64,000 nucleotides of DNA from an uncultured Alphaproteobacteria bacterium (GTDB taxonomy: Bacteria > Pseudomonadota > Alphaproteobacteria > Rhizobiales > Xanthobacteraceae): positions 261,183 through 325,182 of the forward strand of contig CAWHPC010000029.1 of NCBI GenBank assembly GCA_963831165.1. The letters run 5' to 3'. Shown piece by piece: positions 1-9,316 of the stretch; within the stretch, counting starts at the first letter, position 1, and the number at the start of each line of letters is the position of its first letter. The translations under genes and the position numbers were made by a program. Under the pieces are notes generated by a model. That model was not told the origin of the DNA. It did no database searches and saw nothing but the letters and a program-made list of their open reading frames with translations.

Positions 1-205
1 AAGCGGTGCGTCGGTTGCTGTTTGCCTGCGTGCGCAATCCAGTCAGCAATCGCCGCCACCGCAGTCTCTTGCCGTTTCGTATCGCGTTTTCACTGGCGGC
101 AGTTCCTCGTTCCTGGGCAACGCTATCGCGGCTGCTCTCGTTCAGGAGCGCGCCGACGTTATTGTGGACCGGTTGATCGGGAGCGAGGAGAAGTTTGCGT
201 GACAT
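1..205 (-). CDS. hypothetical protein, N-terminal part only (runs off left edge)
   Basis: ATG at 205-203 with GGAGAA a few nt upstream. The frame stays open to position 1. No family recognised. Confidence 0.25.
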   Translation of the reverse strand, partial: MSRKLLLAPDQPVHNNVGALLNESSRDSVAQERGTAASENAIRNGKRLRWRRLLTGLRTQANSNRRTA

Positions 206-316
206 GACCGTTCTCCGTGCTAATGGGCTCGATACCCGTTGGTCACGGGGGCCCGGAGAAAGGTTCATCGGCCGAGCGAAAATTCGGCCAGGTCGCGATT
301 CGGTTAACCGCCTCAA

Positions 317-709
317 TTAGTTGAGCGTCCGCTTGCTATCGCCGGAATCGAGGGAAAATGCGGGTATTTCGATATCGAAATGCTCGCCTCCGGCGCCTAC
401 CATGCCGTAGGTGCCCGTCATGAAGCCCGATGGAGTCTGCAGCGGCACACCGCTGGTATATTCGAACGATTCACCAGCCTTGAGCACCGGCTCCTCGCCG
501 ACGACGCCCGCGCCGCGTACTTCCTGGCGGCGGCCGGTTGCATCGGTAATGCGCCAGTGGCGGGTCTTCAGCTGTACCGTGTCGTCGCTGCGATTGGTGA
601 TGGCGATCGTATAGGCCCAGAAGAAATAGTTGTTCTCAGGCGAAGACCGGTCGGCGACAAAACGCGGGGTCACCACGACCTCAATATTGTGGGTGACGGC
701 ACGATACAT
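317..709 (-). CDS. apaG: ApaG (DUF525) protein
   Basis: 130-aa ORF with ApaG hallmarks: IEVVVTPRF, FFWAYTIAITN, HWRITDATG, GVVGEEPVLKAGESFEYTSG. Confidence 0.9.
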   Translation of the reverse strand: MYRAVTHNIEVVVTPRFVADRSSPENNYFFWAYTIAITNRSDDTVQLKTRHWRITDATGRRQEVRGAGVVGEEPVLKAGESFEYTSGVPLQTPSGFMTGTYGMVGAGGEHFDIEIPAFSLDSGDSKRTLN

Positions 710-1066
710 GGCTTAAATCCCGTAGCCCCCGATCCCGCCGCTGTCGCTGGCCCGCGTCCACGCAAGTGAGCAGCGCCTAAGTCCAATGTTGCAATAAACG
801 GGCTCAGGCGCTTTCTCAAGCCGCGGTCTGCAGGACCGGGCGCCAGTGGTGCGGCTTCGGTCCGACGAAGAAAAACGGGCAAGAACTTCAAGAAGCAAAA
901 GGGCCGCATCGGGAATCGCGCCGATATCCTCGGCGCGCGCATCGGGAGTGTGCCACAATTGCATGCGAAATCTTGGGATCGGGACATAGTTAGAGGCCAG
1001 CTTTCGCGGAACCGGTCGCGCCGTCGTGCCGCCTACCGCAATCGCCGGCAACAGTAAGCAGACCTC

Positions 1067-2245
1067 ATGGCGACGGCAGCTTCCGCTCAAGCGGTCACCA
1101 GCGAACGCGACCTGCGGCTCGATCTGTTCCGCGGCATCGCGCTATGGCTGATCTTCCTCGACCACATTCCGGAAAATATCCTGAACTGGTTCACCATCCG
1201 CAACTACGGCTTCAGCGACGCCACCGAAATCTTCATCTTCATTTCCGGGTATACCGCCGCGTTCGTTTACGGCCGTACCATGCGCGAGCGGGGCTTCCTG
1301 TTGTCCAGCGCCCGCATCCTGAGACGCGCCTGGCAGATCTATGTGGCGCATATTTTTCTGTTTACGATCTTCATGGCGGAGATCGCCTACGTCGCGGCGA
1401 CTTTCGACAATCCGCTCTACGCCGAAGAAATGAAGATCCTCGATTTTCTCAAGCAGCCGGACGTCACGATCTTTCAGGCGCTGTTATTGAAGTTCAAGCC
1501 CGTCAACATGGACGTGCTGCCGCTGTACATCGTGCTGCTGCTGTTGTTTCCCCCGATACTCTATCTGTTGCTGCGGCGTCCGAATCTGGCGCTGGCGGGT
1601 TCGGCGGTGCTCTATGCGCTGACCTGGAAGCTCGATTTCAACCTGCCCGCTTACCCGAACGGCGTCTGGTTTTTCAATCCGTTCGCCTGGCAATTGTTGT
1701 TCGTGTTCGGCGCCTGGTGCGCGCTCGGCGGCGCGCAGCGGCTCGTCGCGGTGATGCGCTCGCCGATCGTACTTGGCGTTGCCATCGCCTATTTGATTTT
1801 TGCGTTCGCCATCACGCTGACGTGGCATTTCGAGTCGCTCGATCACTTCGTCCCCGCTTTGCTCAAAGATTGGATGTATCCGGTCGACAAGACCAATCTC
1901 GACGTGCTGCGCTTTGCGCATTTTCTGGCGCTTGCGGCGGTGACGGTGTACTTCGTTCCCCGCAACTGGTCCGGTCTGAAGTCGCCGATCCTGCAACCCG
2001 CTATCCGCTGCGGTCAGCACTCTCTGGAAGTTTTCTGCCTCGGCGTGTTTCTGGCCTTCGCCGGGCAATTCATCATCGCCGAATCGTCGGGCGGCCCGCT
2101 GCTGCAGACGGCGGTCAGCCTATTAGGCATTTTCATCATGATCGCCACGGCGTACCTGATATCGTGGTACAAGGGGATCGAAGGGAGAGGTTCCGTATCC
2201 CGCGTCAAAATTCCCGACGCAGACCTCGCGGGAGGCGAGGCATGA
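1067..2245 (+). CDS. OpgC-like membrane acyltransferase
   Basis: 392-aa multi-TM ORF. The N-terminal RDLRLDLFRGIALWLIFLDHIP motif is typical of the OpgC / acyltransferase-3-like family. Confidence 0.75.
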   Translation: MATAASAQAVTSERDLRLDLFRGIALWLIFLDHIPENILNWFTIRNYGFSDATEIFIFISGYTAAFVYGRTMRERGFLLSSARILRRAWQIYVAHIFLFTIFMAEIAYVAATFDNPLYAEEMKILDFLKQPDVTIFQALLLKFKPVNMDVLPLYIVLLLLFPPILYLLLRRPNLALAGSAVLYALTWKLDFNLPAYPNGVWFFNPFAWQLLFVFGAWCALGGAQRLVAVMRSPIVLGVAIAYLIFAFAITLTWHFESLDHFVPALLKDWMYPVDKTNLDVLRFAHFLALAAVTVYFVPRNWSGLKSPILQPAIRCGQHSLEVFCLGVFLAFAGQFIIAESSGGPLLQTAVSLLGIFIMIATAYLISWYKGIEGRGSVSRVKIPDADLAGGEA

Positions 2246-2997
2246 CGCTTGTTATTGCCATTCTAGCCACCATCGCTCTGGTGAATGGCGCCGCTGCGGC
2301 GACCGCGGCGGAGGAATGCGACGTGCCCGAATCGCTCATTCCTGCGGAGAGCGATCTCACGCGCGCGGCCAGCGAAATCAACGATCGCCACCGGCTTGAT
2401 ATCAGCGTCGTCGGTTCGGGATCTTCGGTGCTCACCGGCCCGGACGGGCCGCGCTTTGCCTATCCGGCCCAATTGGAGCACGCGCTGAAGGAACGCTTGC
2501 CGGGCAACGAAATCAAGGTGACCGTACATATCCAGTCGAAGCAAACGACTGCGGATATGGCCGCGGTGTTGCCGGCAATCCTCGTGGAGGACAAGCCGGC
2601 TTTGGTGATCTGGCAGGCCGGAACGGTCGATGCGATGCGCGGCGTCGAGCTGGAGGATTTTCGCACCAGCCTCGACCAGGGTATCGGCGCGATCACGGCG
2701 GCGAACGCCGACCCCATTATGATGAACATGCAATATAGTCCGCGCACCGAAACCATGTTGAACGTTTCCGCCTATGCGGACGTGATGCGCTGGGTAGCCG
2801 AACAACGCGACGTTGTGTTGTTTGATCGATTAGCCATCATGCATTATTGGAGCGATGCGGGGGTATTCGACCTCTATGCGGCGACGACCGGGTATGCTAT
2901 GGCCCGGCGAGTTCACGAATGCATTGGCAAGGCCCTGGCGTCACAGATCATCAATGCCGGTCATCTGGAAGCCGATAAAAACCAGACAACGCGATGA
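2242..2997 (+). CDS. SGNH/GDSL-type hydrolase, secreted
   Basis: Real start is the ATG at 2242, inside track ORF 1144..2997, and it overlaps the opgC-like stop (ATGA). Signal-peptide-like N-terminus. VVGSGSS and WQAGTVD blocks. Confidence 0.7.
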   Translation: MTLVIAILATIALVNGAAAATAAEECDVPESLIPAESDLTRAASEINDRHRLDISVVGSGSSVLTGPDGPRFAYPAQLEHALKERLPGNEIKVTVHIQSKQTTADMAAVLPAILVEDKPALVIWQAGTVDAMRGVELEDFRTSLDQGIGAITAANADPIMMNMQYSPRTETMLNVSAYADVMRWVAEQRDVVLFDRLAIMHYWSDAGVFDLYAATTGYAMARRVHECIGKALASQIINAGHLEADKNQTTR

Positions 2998-3893
2998 TGG
3001 CCTCGCTCGATAAAATGGCTGTCGGCCGTGTCGCTTGCGCGGGTGCCTGGGTCCTGGCCCTGGCGGCATTCGCACCGGCGCACGGGCAAATGCTCGCGAC
3101 GCATTCCACGGCCTCGTCGCCAGCTCGCACACCAAGCGACCTCGCGCAGCCCGCTGCGGCGCCACCAACGGTCACCTCTCCGGCAGCGTCGACGTTAACC
3201 TGTACCGCGACCGCGGAGTTCACGCGTTTCAGCAACCCGCTCCGCCACACGGCCAGGCGCATCGCCGCCGGCGAGCCGCTGACCATCGTCGCGGTCGGTT
3301 CGTCTTCGACGGCTGGCGCCGGCGCGAGTTCACCGGCGGCAAGCTATCCGAGCCGCCTTGCCGCCGAACTGAAACAACATTTCCCGGCGCTCGACATCAC
3401 CGTCCTCAATCGCGGCGTCAACGGCGAGGAAACCGCGCAGATGTTAAAGCGGTTCGAGACCGGCGTGCTCGCGGCGCATCCCGATCTGGTGCTCTGGCAA
3501 GTCGGGACCAATTCCGTGCTGCGCGACCATCCGCTCAAGCCGCACTCCGTCATGCTCCACGAAGGCATCGCGCAGCTTACCGCGGGGGGCGCTGACGTTG
3601 TGCTGATTGATATGCAGTTTGCGCCGCGGGTGCTGTCCAAGTCCGAGACGCAAAGCATGGAAGATCAGATTGCGCTCGTCGCCAAGGAGGCGAATGTCGA
3701 TCTGTTCAACCGCTTCGCGGTCATGCGCAACTGGCACGACGTCCAGCACATGCCGTTCGAGGCCTTTGTCGCGCCGGACGAGCTGCACATGAACGACTGG
3801 AGCTACGCCTGCGTAGCCAAGCTCCTCGCTAGTGCAATCACCGAAGCGGCCACCCGTCCGACCGCATCGGCCGCGGTGCACTCCGGGCACTAA
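2994..3893 (+). CDS. SGNH/GDSL-type hydrolase, secreted
   Basis: ATGA overlap with the preceding gene. Blocks IVAVGSSSTAG (I), NRGVNGE (II), LWQVGTNS (III) and DELHMND (V). Confidence 0.8.
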   Translation: MMASLDKMAVGRVACAGAWVLALAAFAPAHGQMLATHSTASSPARTPSDLAQPAAAPPTVTSPAASTLTCTATAEFTRFSNPLRHTARRIAAGEPLTIVAVGSSSTAGAGASSPAASYPSRLAAELKQHFPALDITVLNRGVNGEETAQMLKRFETGVLAAHPDLVLWQVGTNSVLRDHPLKPHSVMLHEGIAQLTAGGADVVLIDMQFAPRVLSKSETQSMEDQIALVAKEANVDLFNRFAVMRNWHDVQHMPFEAFVAPDELHMNDWSYACVAKLLASAITEAATRPTASAAVHSGH

Positions 3894-3899
3894 CGCTCT

Positions 3900-5045
3900 T
3901 TACCGCAGCTTCGGCATCACTTCGCCGGCGAACAGTTCCATGTTGCGCCGCGCCAGCGCGTCGGACATGACGCCAAACTGCAACAGCGTGATCAGAATGT
4001 CGAAGCCGGTCTGCTCGCGCACGCGTTCGATCTTTTCGCGCACCGTGGCGGCGCTGCCGACAACGACGGTACCGGCGGCAATAAGTTCTTCGATGGTCTG
4101 TTTGCGCGGCCAGGAGCCGAGCGACGATGCGCGCAGCTTCATGGTCACTTTGAGCGACGCGTTGGAGGTGTAACCGGGCGGCAAAAGCATTTCCCACGGC
4201 ATGCGCAGGAAATTGTTGAACAGCGTCTCGATGCCGGCCCGCGCTTCGTCGCGGGCGCGCTCGTCGGTCTCGGCGACGTAGATCGGCACGGCCCAACCGA
4301 GCTGACTCCCGGCTGCCGTATAGCCGTGAGTCTCCGCAGCCTCGCGATACATATTGTGATAGCGCACCACTGCGCTCTCGGGACTGAAAGTGACCATGAA
4401 CGGATATTTGCGTTCCGGCGCCGATGCCCAGACGACCGTCTCGCGTGAGCCCATTGACGGTATCCAGACCGGCGGATGCGGCGTCTGATACGGGCGCGGC
4501 CACAGATTGACGTAGCGCAAGCGATAGTGGTCGCCCTCGAACTCGAACGGGCCGGGTGTCGTCCACGCTTTGATGATCAGATCGTGTGCTTCGTGAAAGC
4601 GTTCGTGCGAGAACGCCGGGTTGACGCCAGTCGCGTGGTACTCCGAACCGATGCCGCGGACGAAACCGGTAATGATGCGGCCCTTCGACAGCACGTCGAG
4701 CATCGCGAATTCCTCGGCGATGTTGACCGGGTTGCTGACCAGCGGCAACGCGCGGCCGAGGATGGCGATCTTCACCGTCTTGGTGCGCTGAATAAGCGCG
4801 CTCGCGATCAAGTTCGGCGCCGGCATCAAACCGTAGGCGGTCTGATGATGTTCGTTGACGCCGATGGCGTCAAAGCCGAGTTGCTCGGCGTAAGCGAGCT
4901 GATCGAGGTAGGAATCGTACTCGGCTGCGCCTTTCTTCGGGTCGTAGAGGCTGTTGGGCAGAACCACCCATGCCGAACGATGGTCCTTCGCCGCATCGAA
5001 GTCGAGTGGCCGGTAGGGCATCAGGTGAAAGCAAACGAACTTCAT
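3900..5045 (-). CDS. LLM-class (luciferase-like) flavin-dependent oxidoreductase
   Basis: 381 aa. MKFVCFHLMPY...GFDAIGVNEHHQ is the typical N-terminus of luciferase-like monooxygenases. Confidence 0.85.
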   Translation of the reverse strand: MKFVCFHLMPYRPLDFDAAKDHRSAWVVLPNSLYDPKKGAAEYDSYLDQLAYAEQLGFDAIGVNEHHQTAYGLMPAPNLIASALIQRTKTVKIAILGRALPLVSNPVNIAEEFAMLDVLSKGRIITGFVRGIGSEYHATGVNPAFSHERFHEAHDLIIKAWTTPGPFEFEGDHYRLRYVNLWPRPYQTPHPPVWIPSMGSRETVVWASAPERKYPFMVTFSPESAVVRYHNMYREAAETHGYTAAGSQLGWAVPIYVAETDERARDEARAGIETLFNNFLRMPWEMLLPPGYTSNASLKVTMKLRASSLGSWPRKQTIEELIAAGTVVVGSAATVREKIERVREQTGFDILITLLQFGVMSDALARRNMELFAGEVMPKLR

Positions 5046-5075
5046 GGACGCACGCCGTCGAGGAAGGCCAAGACC

Positions 5076-5828
5076 TTATCGGCGATCAGGTCGGATCGCT
5101 CCACGTGCGGGCTGTGGCCGCACGCTTCGATCATCGATACCAGCGCGCCCGGGCACGCGCTCGCCCCACAACGCGGCATAGGCGCTGGGAAGGATTTTAT
5201 CATCGCGTCCCCATACGACTTGCGTCGGCACCGTGATCCGGTGGAGCCATTTTTCCAGGTCGGGATTGAGCCAGCGCGGCTCCCAGCCGAATTTTACCGC
5301 TGCGAGTTTGGTTTGCAGCTCGATGTCGAGTTGTTCTTCATTCGGTTGCGGCGCCTTGAGCAACGCTTCGGCGAAGCTTTGGTCGTGAAAGCGATTGTGC
5401 GCTCCTTCCTCGGGCGACCAGATGAAGTTGTCGCCGGGCGGAATGCCTTTGACTCGAACGCCGGCCGGGGCCAGCAGCGTCAGACTGGCGATGCGATTGA
5501 CGTTGCGCACGGCCGCTTCGGCAGCGGTCCAGCCGCCGAGCGAATGGCCGATCACGTGGACCGGCGACGCATAAACCTGATCGAGGAGGTCGAGATAGTA
5601 CATGGCGAGGTCGGCCACGCTGCGAAGCCATTGCGGATCGTCCGAGGCGCCGAAGCAAGGATGCTCAGGCACTGTCAGCGCGTAGTGCCGCGAGAGGCGC
5701 TCAAAGAAAGGCAGCCACGCCGGCCAGCCGCCGGCACCGTGGAGAAAAAGCAGCGGAAGCCCCGTGCCGGCGCGCCGAACGCGCACGGACACGCCGCGGG
5801 TCACCAGCCGATCCGTTTCCTCAGCCAT
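5076..5828 (-). CDS. alpha/beta-fold hydrolase
   Basis: Internal ATG at 5828 of track ORF 5076..6092. LFLHGAGG oxyanion motif and GHSLGG nucleophile elbow. Confidence 0.8.
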   Translation of the reverse strand: MAEETDRLVTRGVSVRVRRAGTGLPLLFLHGAGGWPAWLPFFERLSRHYALTVPEHPCFGASDDPQWLRSVADLAMYYLDLLDQVYASPVHVIGHSLGGWTAAEAAVRNVNRIASLTLLAPAGVRVKGIPPGDNFIWSPEEGAHNRFHDQSFAEALLKAPQPNEEQLDIELQTKLAAVKFGWEPRWLNPDLEKWLHRITVPTQVVWGRDDKILPSAYAALWGERVPGRAGIDDRSVRPQPARGAIRPDRR

Positions 5829-5838
5829 GAAGGCAAGT

Positions 5839-7030
5839 CTACACCGCTTCGAGGGCGCCGAGCACGTCTTCGACGATGTCGTCGGGATGTTCAAGGCCGA
5901 CGGAAACCCGGACGAACCCGTCGGTGATGCCAAGCTCGGCGCGCTGCGCCGGGGGCAGACGCTGGTGCGTTGTCGTCGCCGGATGGGTGATAAGGCTCTT
6001 CGCGTCGCCGAGATTGTTGCTGATGCGGATGAGCTTGAGCGTGTCCTGAAAGCGGAACGCGGCTTTCTTGCCGCCCTTGATGTCGAAGGCAACGAGAGTC
6101 GAGCCGCCGCGCATCTGCTTCTGCGCGATCTTGGCCTGCGGATGGTCGGGCCGGCCGGGATAGATCAGCCGCGCGATCTTCGGGTGCTCGGCCAAGGCGA
6201 CCGCGAGCGTCGCGGCGCTGTCGGTCTGCCGCCGCACCCGTACCGGCAGGGTCTCGAGCCCCTTGAGCATGATCCAGGCATTGAACGGCGACAGCGACGG
6301 GCCGGTCTGGCGCAGCAGCGTGTGAACGTTCTTCTGGATGAAAGCTTCCGAGGCGAGAATGATGCCGCCGAGGCAGCGGCCTTGCCCGTCAATGTGCTTG
6401 GTGGCCGAATAGACCACGCAGTCGGCACCGAGCGCGAGCGGGCTCTGATAGATCGGCGTCGCGAACACATTGTCGACCACCGAGTGTCGCGCCAGCTTCG
6501 TGGGCGATCTGCGCGACCTCGGCGATGTCGATTACCTCAAGCGTCGGATTGGTCGGCGTCTCGAGAAAGAACGTCTTGGTGTTCGGCCGCACCGCGTCGC
6601 GCCATTGATCGAGATCGGTGCCGTCGACCAGCGTTGAGGCCACCCCGTATCGCGGCAGATAGTCCTCGACGATATAGCGGCACGAACCGAACAGCGCCTT
6701 CGCCGCCACCACATGATCGCCGGCTTTGAGCTGGCCGACCAACGCCAGCGTCACCGCGGCCATGCCGGTTGCGGTCGCACGTGCGGCCTCGGCGCCTTCG
6801 AACGCCGCCATGCGCTGTTCGAACATTGCGACCGTGGGATTGGCAAAGCGCGAATACTGGAACCCCGGCTCTTCGTTCTTGAAGCGGCGCTCGGCCTGGG
6901 CGGCGCTGTCGTAGACGTAGCCTTGCGTCAGAAACAGCGCTTCCGACGTCTCGGCGAATTGCGAGCGCATCGTGCCGGCATGCACAAGACGGGTTTCGGG
7001 GCGGTAACGATCAGGCGCGGACGCGGTCAT
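5839..7030 (-). pseudogene. metZ: O-succinylhomoserine sulfhydrylase (Cys/Met PLP enzyme), interrupted by a 1-nt frameshift
   Basis: ORFs 6389..7030 (N-terminal half) and 5839..6480 (C-terminal half, YSATKHIDGQGR PLP-Lys motif) join into ...HEAGATL/VVDNVFATP... if one G is removed near 6477-6482. Confidence 0.85.
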
Positions 7031-7048
7031 GCGGCCCTCCTATTGGCC

Positions 7049-7089
7049 AAACAAAAACCCGGCCGGGAGGATTCATCCTCGGGCCGGGC
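7049..7089 (-). terminator. intrinsic terminator/attenuator hairpin in the metZ leader
   Basis: Minus-strand RNA CCCGGCC-C-GAGGA-UGAA-UCCUC-CC-GGCCGGG followed by UUUUUGUUU. It lies between the putative SAM-II aptamer and the metZ SD (GGAGGG) and ATG. Confidence 0.6.
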
Positions 7090-7099
7090 TCACGCGTCC

Positions 7100-7160
7100 C
7101 CGGCCTTTTAGCAATTTGTTTTACGTGGCTGCAAGCCGGCCGGCTCAAATGACCACGGGA
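7100..7160 (-). promoter_or_regulatory. probable SAM-II (metA-element) riboswitch aptamer
   Basis: Minus-strand RNA GGUCAUUUGAGCCGGCCGGCUUGCAGCCACGUAAAACAAAUUGCUAAAAGG carries the GGCUUGC ... GCUAAAA core I recall for SAM-II. The position upstream of a methionine-biosynthesis gene is the usual alphaproteobacterial context. Confidence 0.5.
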
Positions 7161-7253
7161 TAAACCCGCTCATACGCCGCGTCCGTCTTTCCGTCAAGCC
7201 GGGCATCGGGTTAGATCGCGCCGCATTCGCCCGCCCGCCGAAATGGTGATCGC

Positions 7254-8369
7254 GTGCCGCTGTCGTTTACGCCTGCAGACAAAGGAATTCTGCCCGACCG
7301 TATGATTGCGGCGCTGGCCGAGGCCGGTGGGATCCGTCCATCTCAGCCGTTCGCTCCGGACCAAATCCAGCCGGCAAGTCTCGATCTGCGGCTTGGAGCA
7401 ATAGCGTATCGCGTGCGCGCGAGTTTCCTGCCCGGCCCCGGCACGGCTGTGGTGCGGCGTATCGCCGAACTGAAACTGCACGAGTTCTCGCTCACCAACG
7501 GCGCGGTGCTGGAAACCGGTTGCGTCTACATTGTGCCGCTCATTGAGGGGCTCGCCCTGCCGGTGGGGATCGCCGCGTCAACTAATCCGAAGAGCTCCAC
7601 CGGCCGTCTCGACGTGTTCACGCGCGTGATCGCCGACGAAACCCGTGGCTTCGATCGGGTCGAACCCGGTTATCGCGGCCCGCTCTATGCCGAGATCAGT
7701 CCGAAGACATTTCCGGTTCTGGTGCGCGAAGGCTCGCGGCTATCGCAAATCCGCTTTCGCCGCGGCGAGGCGGCGCTCAATGCCGAGGCCTTGCGCGCGC
7801 TGCACGCGCAGGAGCGGCTCGTCGACCGCACGGAGGCGGTGATGGGCGAGGGCGTCGCCGTAAGCGTCGACCTGTCCGGTGGCGGGAGCCGAAGCGCAGA
7901 GGGCGTCGTTGGTTACCGCGCCAAGCGTCATACCGCCGTTATTGAGGTCGAGCGCCGCGCTGCCTACGACGTCGCCGATTTCTGGGAGCCGATGGCGGCG
8001 CGCGCGGACGGAAGCCTGATCCTCGATCCTGATGAGTTTTACATCCTGGCTTCGACGGAAGCGGTGCAGGTGCCGCCGGACTACGCGGCTGAAATGGTGC
8101 CGTTCGATCCGCTAGTCGGCGAATTCCGCGTCCACTATGCGGGCTTCTTCGATCCCGGCTTCGGCTATGCCGGCGCCGGCGGCCTCGGCGCACGTGCCGT
8201 GCTGGAAGTGCGTTCGCGCGAGGTGCCGTTTATCCTCGAGCACGGCCAGATCGTCGGCCGCCTGATCTACGAGCGGATGCTGGCGCGTCCCGATCGGCTT
8301 TACGGTAGCGGCATCGGTTCAAACTATCAGGCGCAGGGCCTCAAATTATCGAAACACTTTCGCGGCTGA
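7254..8369 (+). CDS. 2'-deoxycytidine 5'-triphosphate deaminase (long form)
   Basis: 371-aa ORF with GTG start. Matches the alphaproteobacterial long dCTP-deaminase family (GILPD..., QPASLDLRLG, GFFDPGFG). Confidence 0.8.
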   Translation: MPLSFTPADKGILPDRMIAALAEAGGIRPSQPFAPDQIQPASLDLRLGAIAYRVRASFLPGPGTAVVRRIAELKLHEFSLTNGAVLETGCVYIVPLIEGLALPVGIAASTNPKSSTGRLDVFTRVIADETRGFDRVEPGYRGPLYAEISPKTFPVLVREGSRLSQIRFRRGEAALNAEALRALHAQERLVDRTEAVMGEGVAVSVDLSGGGSRSAEGVVGYRAKRHTAVIEVERRAAYDVADFWEPMAARADGSLILDPDEFYILASTEAVQVPPDYAAEMVPFDPLVGEFRVHYAGFFDPGFGYAGAGGLGARAVLEVRSREVPFILEHGQIVGRLIYERMLARPDRLYGSGIGSNYQAQGLKLSKHFRG

Positions 8370-8570
8370 ACCGACCGCTCGCGCGCGAACGAGTGCAATC
8401 CATCGCCAGACTGCAAGCGCCGCAGCAAAAACGGCGGTCCAGGCGATCCGCGAGCCGTAGCGATCGTGCGGATTGGAGATCACGCCGCAAACGGCGGCAT
8501 TAGCGAGCAGAACGACAATGGCGACAAGCTCGGCAACGATCCGTGCAGCGCTGCGGGTCAGGGTAGCCAT
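8346..8570 (-). CDS. hypothetical small membrane protein
   Basis: Two hydrophobic helices. Start taken at MATLTR. Overlaps the 3' end of the deaminase gene. Weak call. Confidence 0.25.
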   Translation of the reverse strand: MATLTRSAARIVAELVAIVVLLANAAVCGVISNPHDRYGSRIAWTAVFAAALAVWRWIALVRARAVGSAAKVFR

Positions 8571-8754
8571 CGTTAAACCATAGTGGAGTTCGGCCGCCGG
8601 CTCGGGCAATGGGCGCGGAAGCCGGCTGATCTAGGCGGGTTTCATTGCGTTAGAAAGTCAAAGCCTCGCCACGCGGCGCAAAATTCTTGTGGTATTTCGT
8701 CAGTGAGCGCGTTTCCCTGTGCGGGAGGGCGAAATTGCGAGGCACGGTACGCGC

Positions 8755-9306
8755 ATGCGCGCACTCATCACGGCCGTTGCCGCCCTCATCTTCGCCGCGG
8801 CTGCGAGCGCGGCCGGCATTGGGCCGGCCGTCGCGCAATTGGGCTTCGATCGGCCGGGTGGTGATTACGCCAGCGCCCCGGTCCTGACCGGCGATCCGGC
8901 AGTCTGTGCGGCCCGTTGCGAGCGCGAAAGAGGTTGCCGCGCTTGGAGTTTTTCTTATCCGTCGGTATCCGAGGAACGGGCCATGTGCTGGCTCAAGCGC
9001 GAAGTGATGCCGCGGGTCAAAGCGAGCTGCTGCGTGTCGGGCGTGCACGGCGCCGGTGTCATCGAGCCGCTGCTTGACGACGTCGAGTATTCGATTGATC
9101 GGGTCGGCGGCGATTACCGGTCGTTCGACACTACTGCCGATCCGCGCGGCTGGCTGTGCGCGATGGCTTGCCGGGCCGAGACGCATTGCCGCGCCTGGAC
9201 CTATCGGCGGCTGGGCTACGGCACAGGCGGGGCGCGCTGCTACCTGAAGGACGCGATCAAACCGCCGCACCCGCGGCCCTGCTGCATTTCGGGAGTCGTT
9301 CGCTAG
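8755..9306 (+). CDS. secreted protein with two PAN/Apple-like Cys-rich modules
   Basis: Signal peptide MRALITAVAALIFAAAASAA. Two repeats of the form (F/V)DR.GGDY...C...C......CRAW(S/T)(F/Y)......C(W/Y)LK......CC(V/I)SGV. Confidence 0.6.
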   Translation: MRALITAVAALIFAAAASAAGIGPAVAQLGFDRPGGDYASAPVLTGDPAVCAARCERERGCRAWSFSYPSVSEERAMCWLKREVMPRVKASCCVSGVHGAGVIEPLLDDVEYSIDRVGGDYRSFDTTADPRGWLCAMACRAETHCRAWTYRRLGYGTGGARCYLKDAIKPPHPRPCCISGVVR

Positions 9307-9316
9307 CGGCGCTTTG

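Noticed and set aside
1144-2241. 5' two-thirds of the 617-aa ORF 1144..2997.
   Set aside because: It is out of frame with and fully overlaps the OpgC-like gene, and it gives an Arg/Pro-rich translation. Only the part from the ATG at 2242 (the SGNH hydrolase) is credible.
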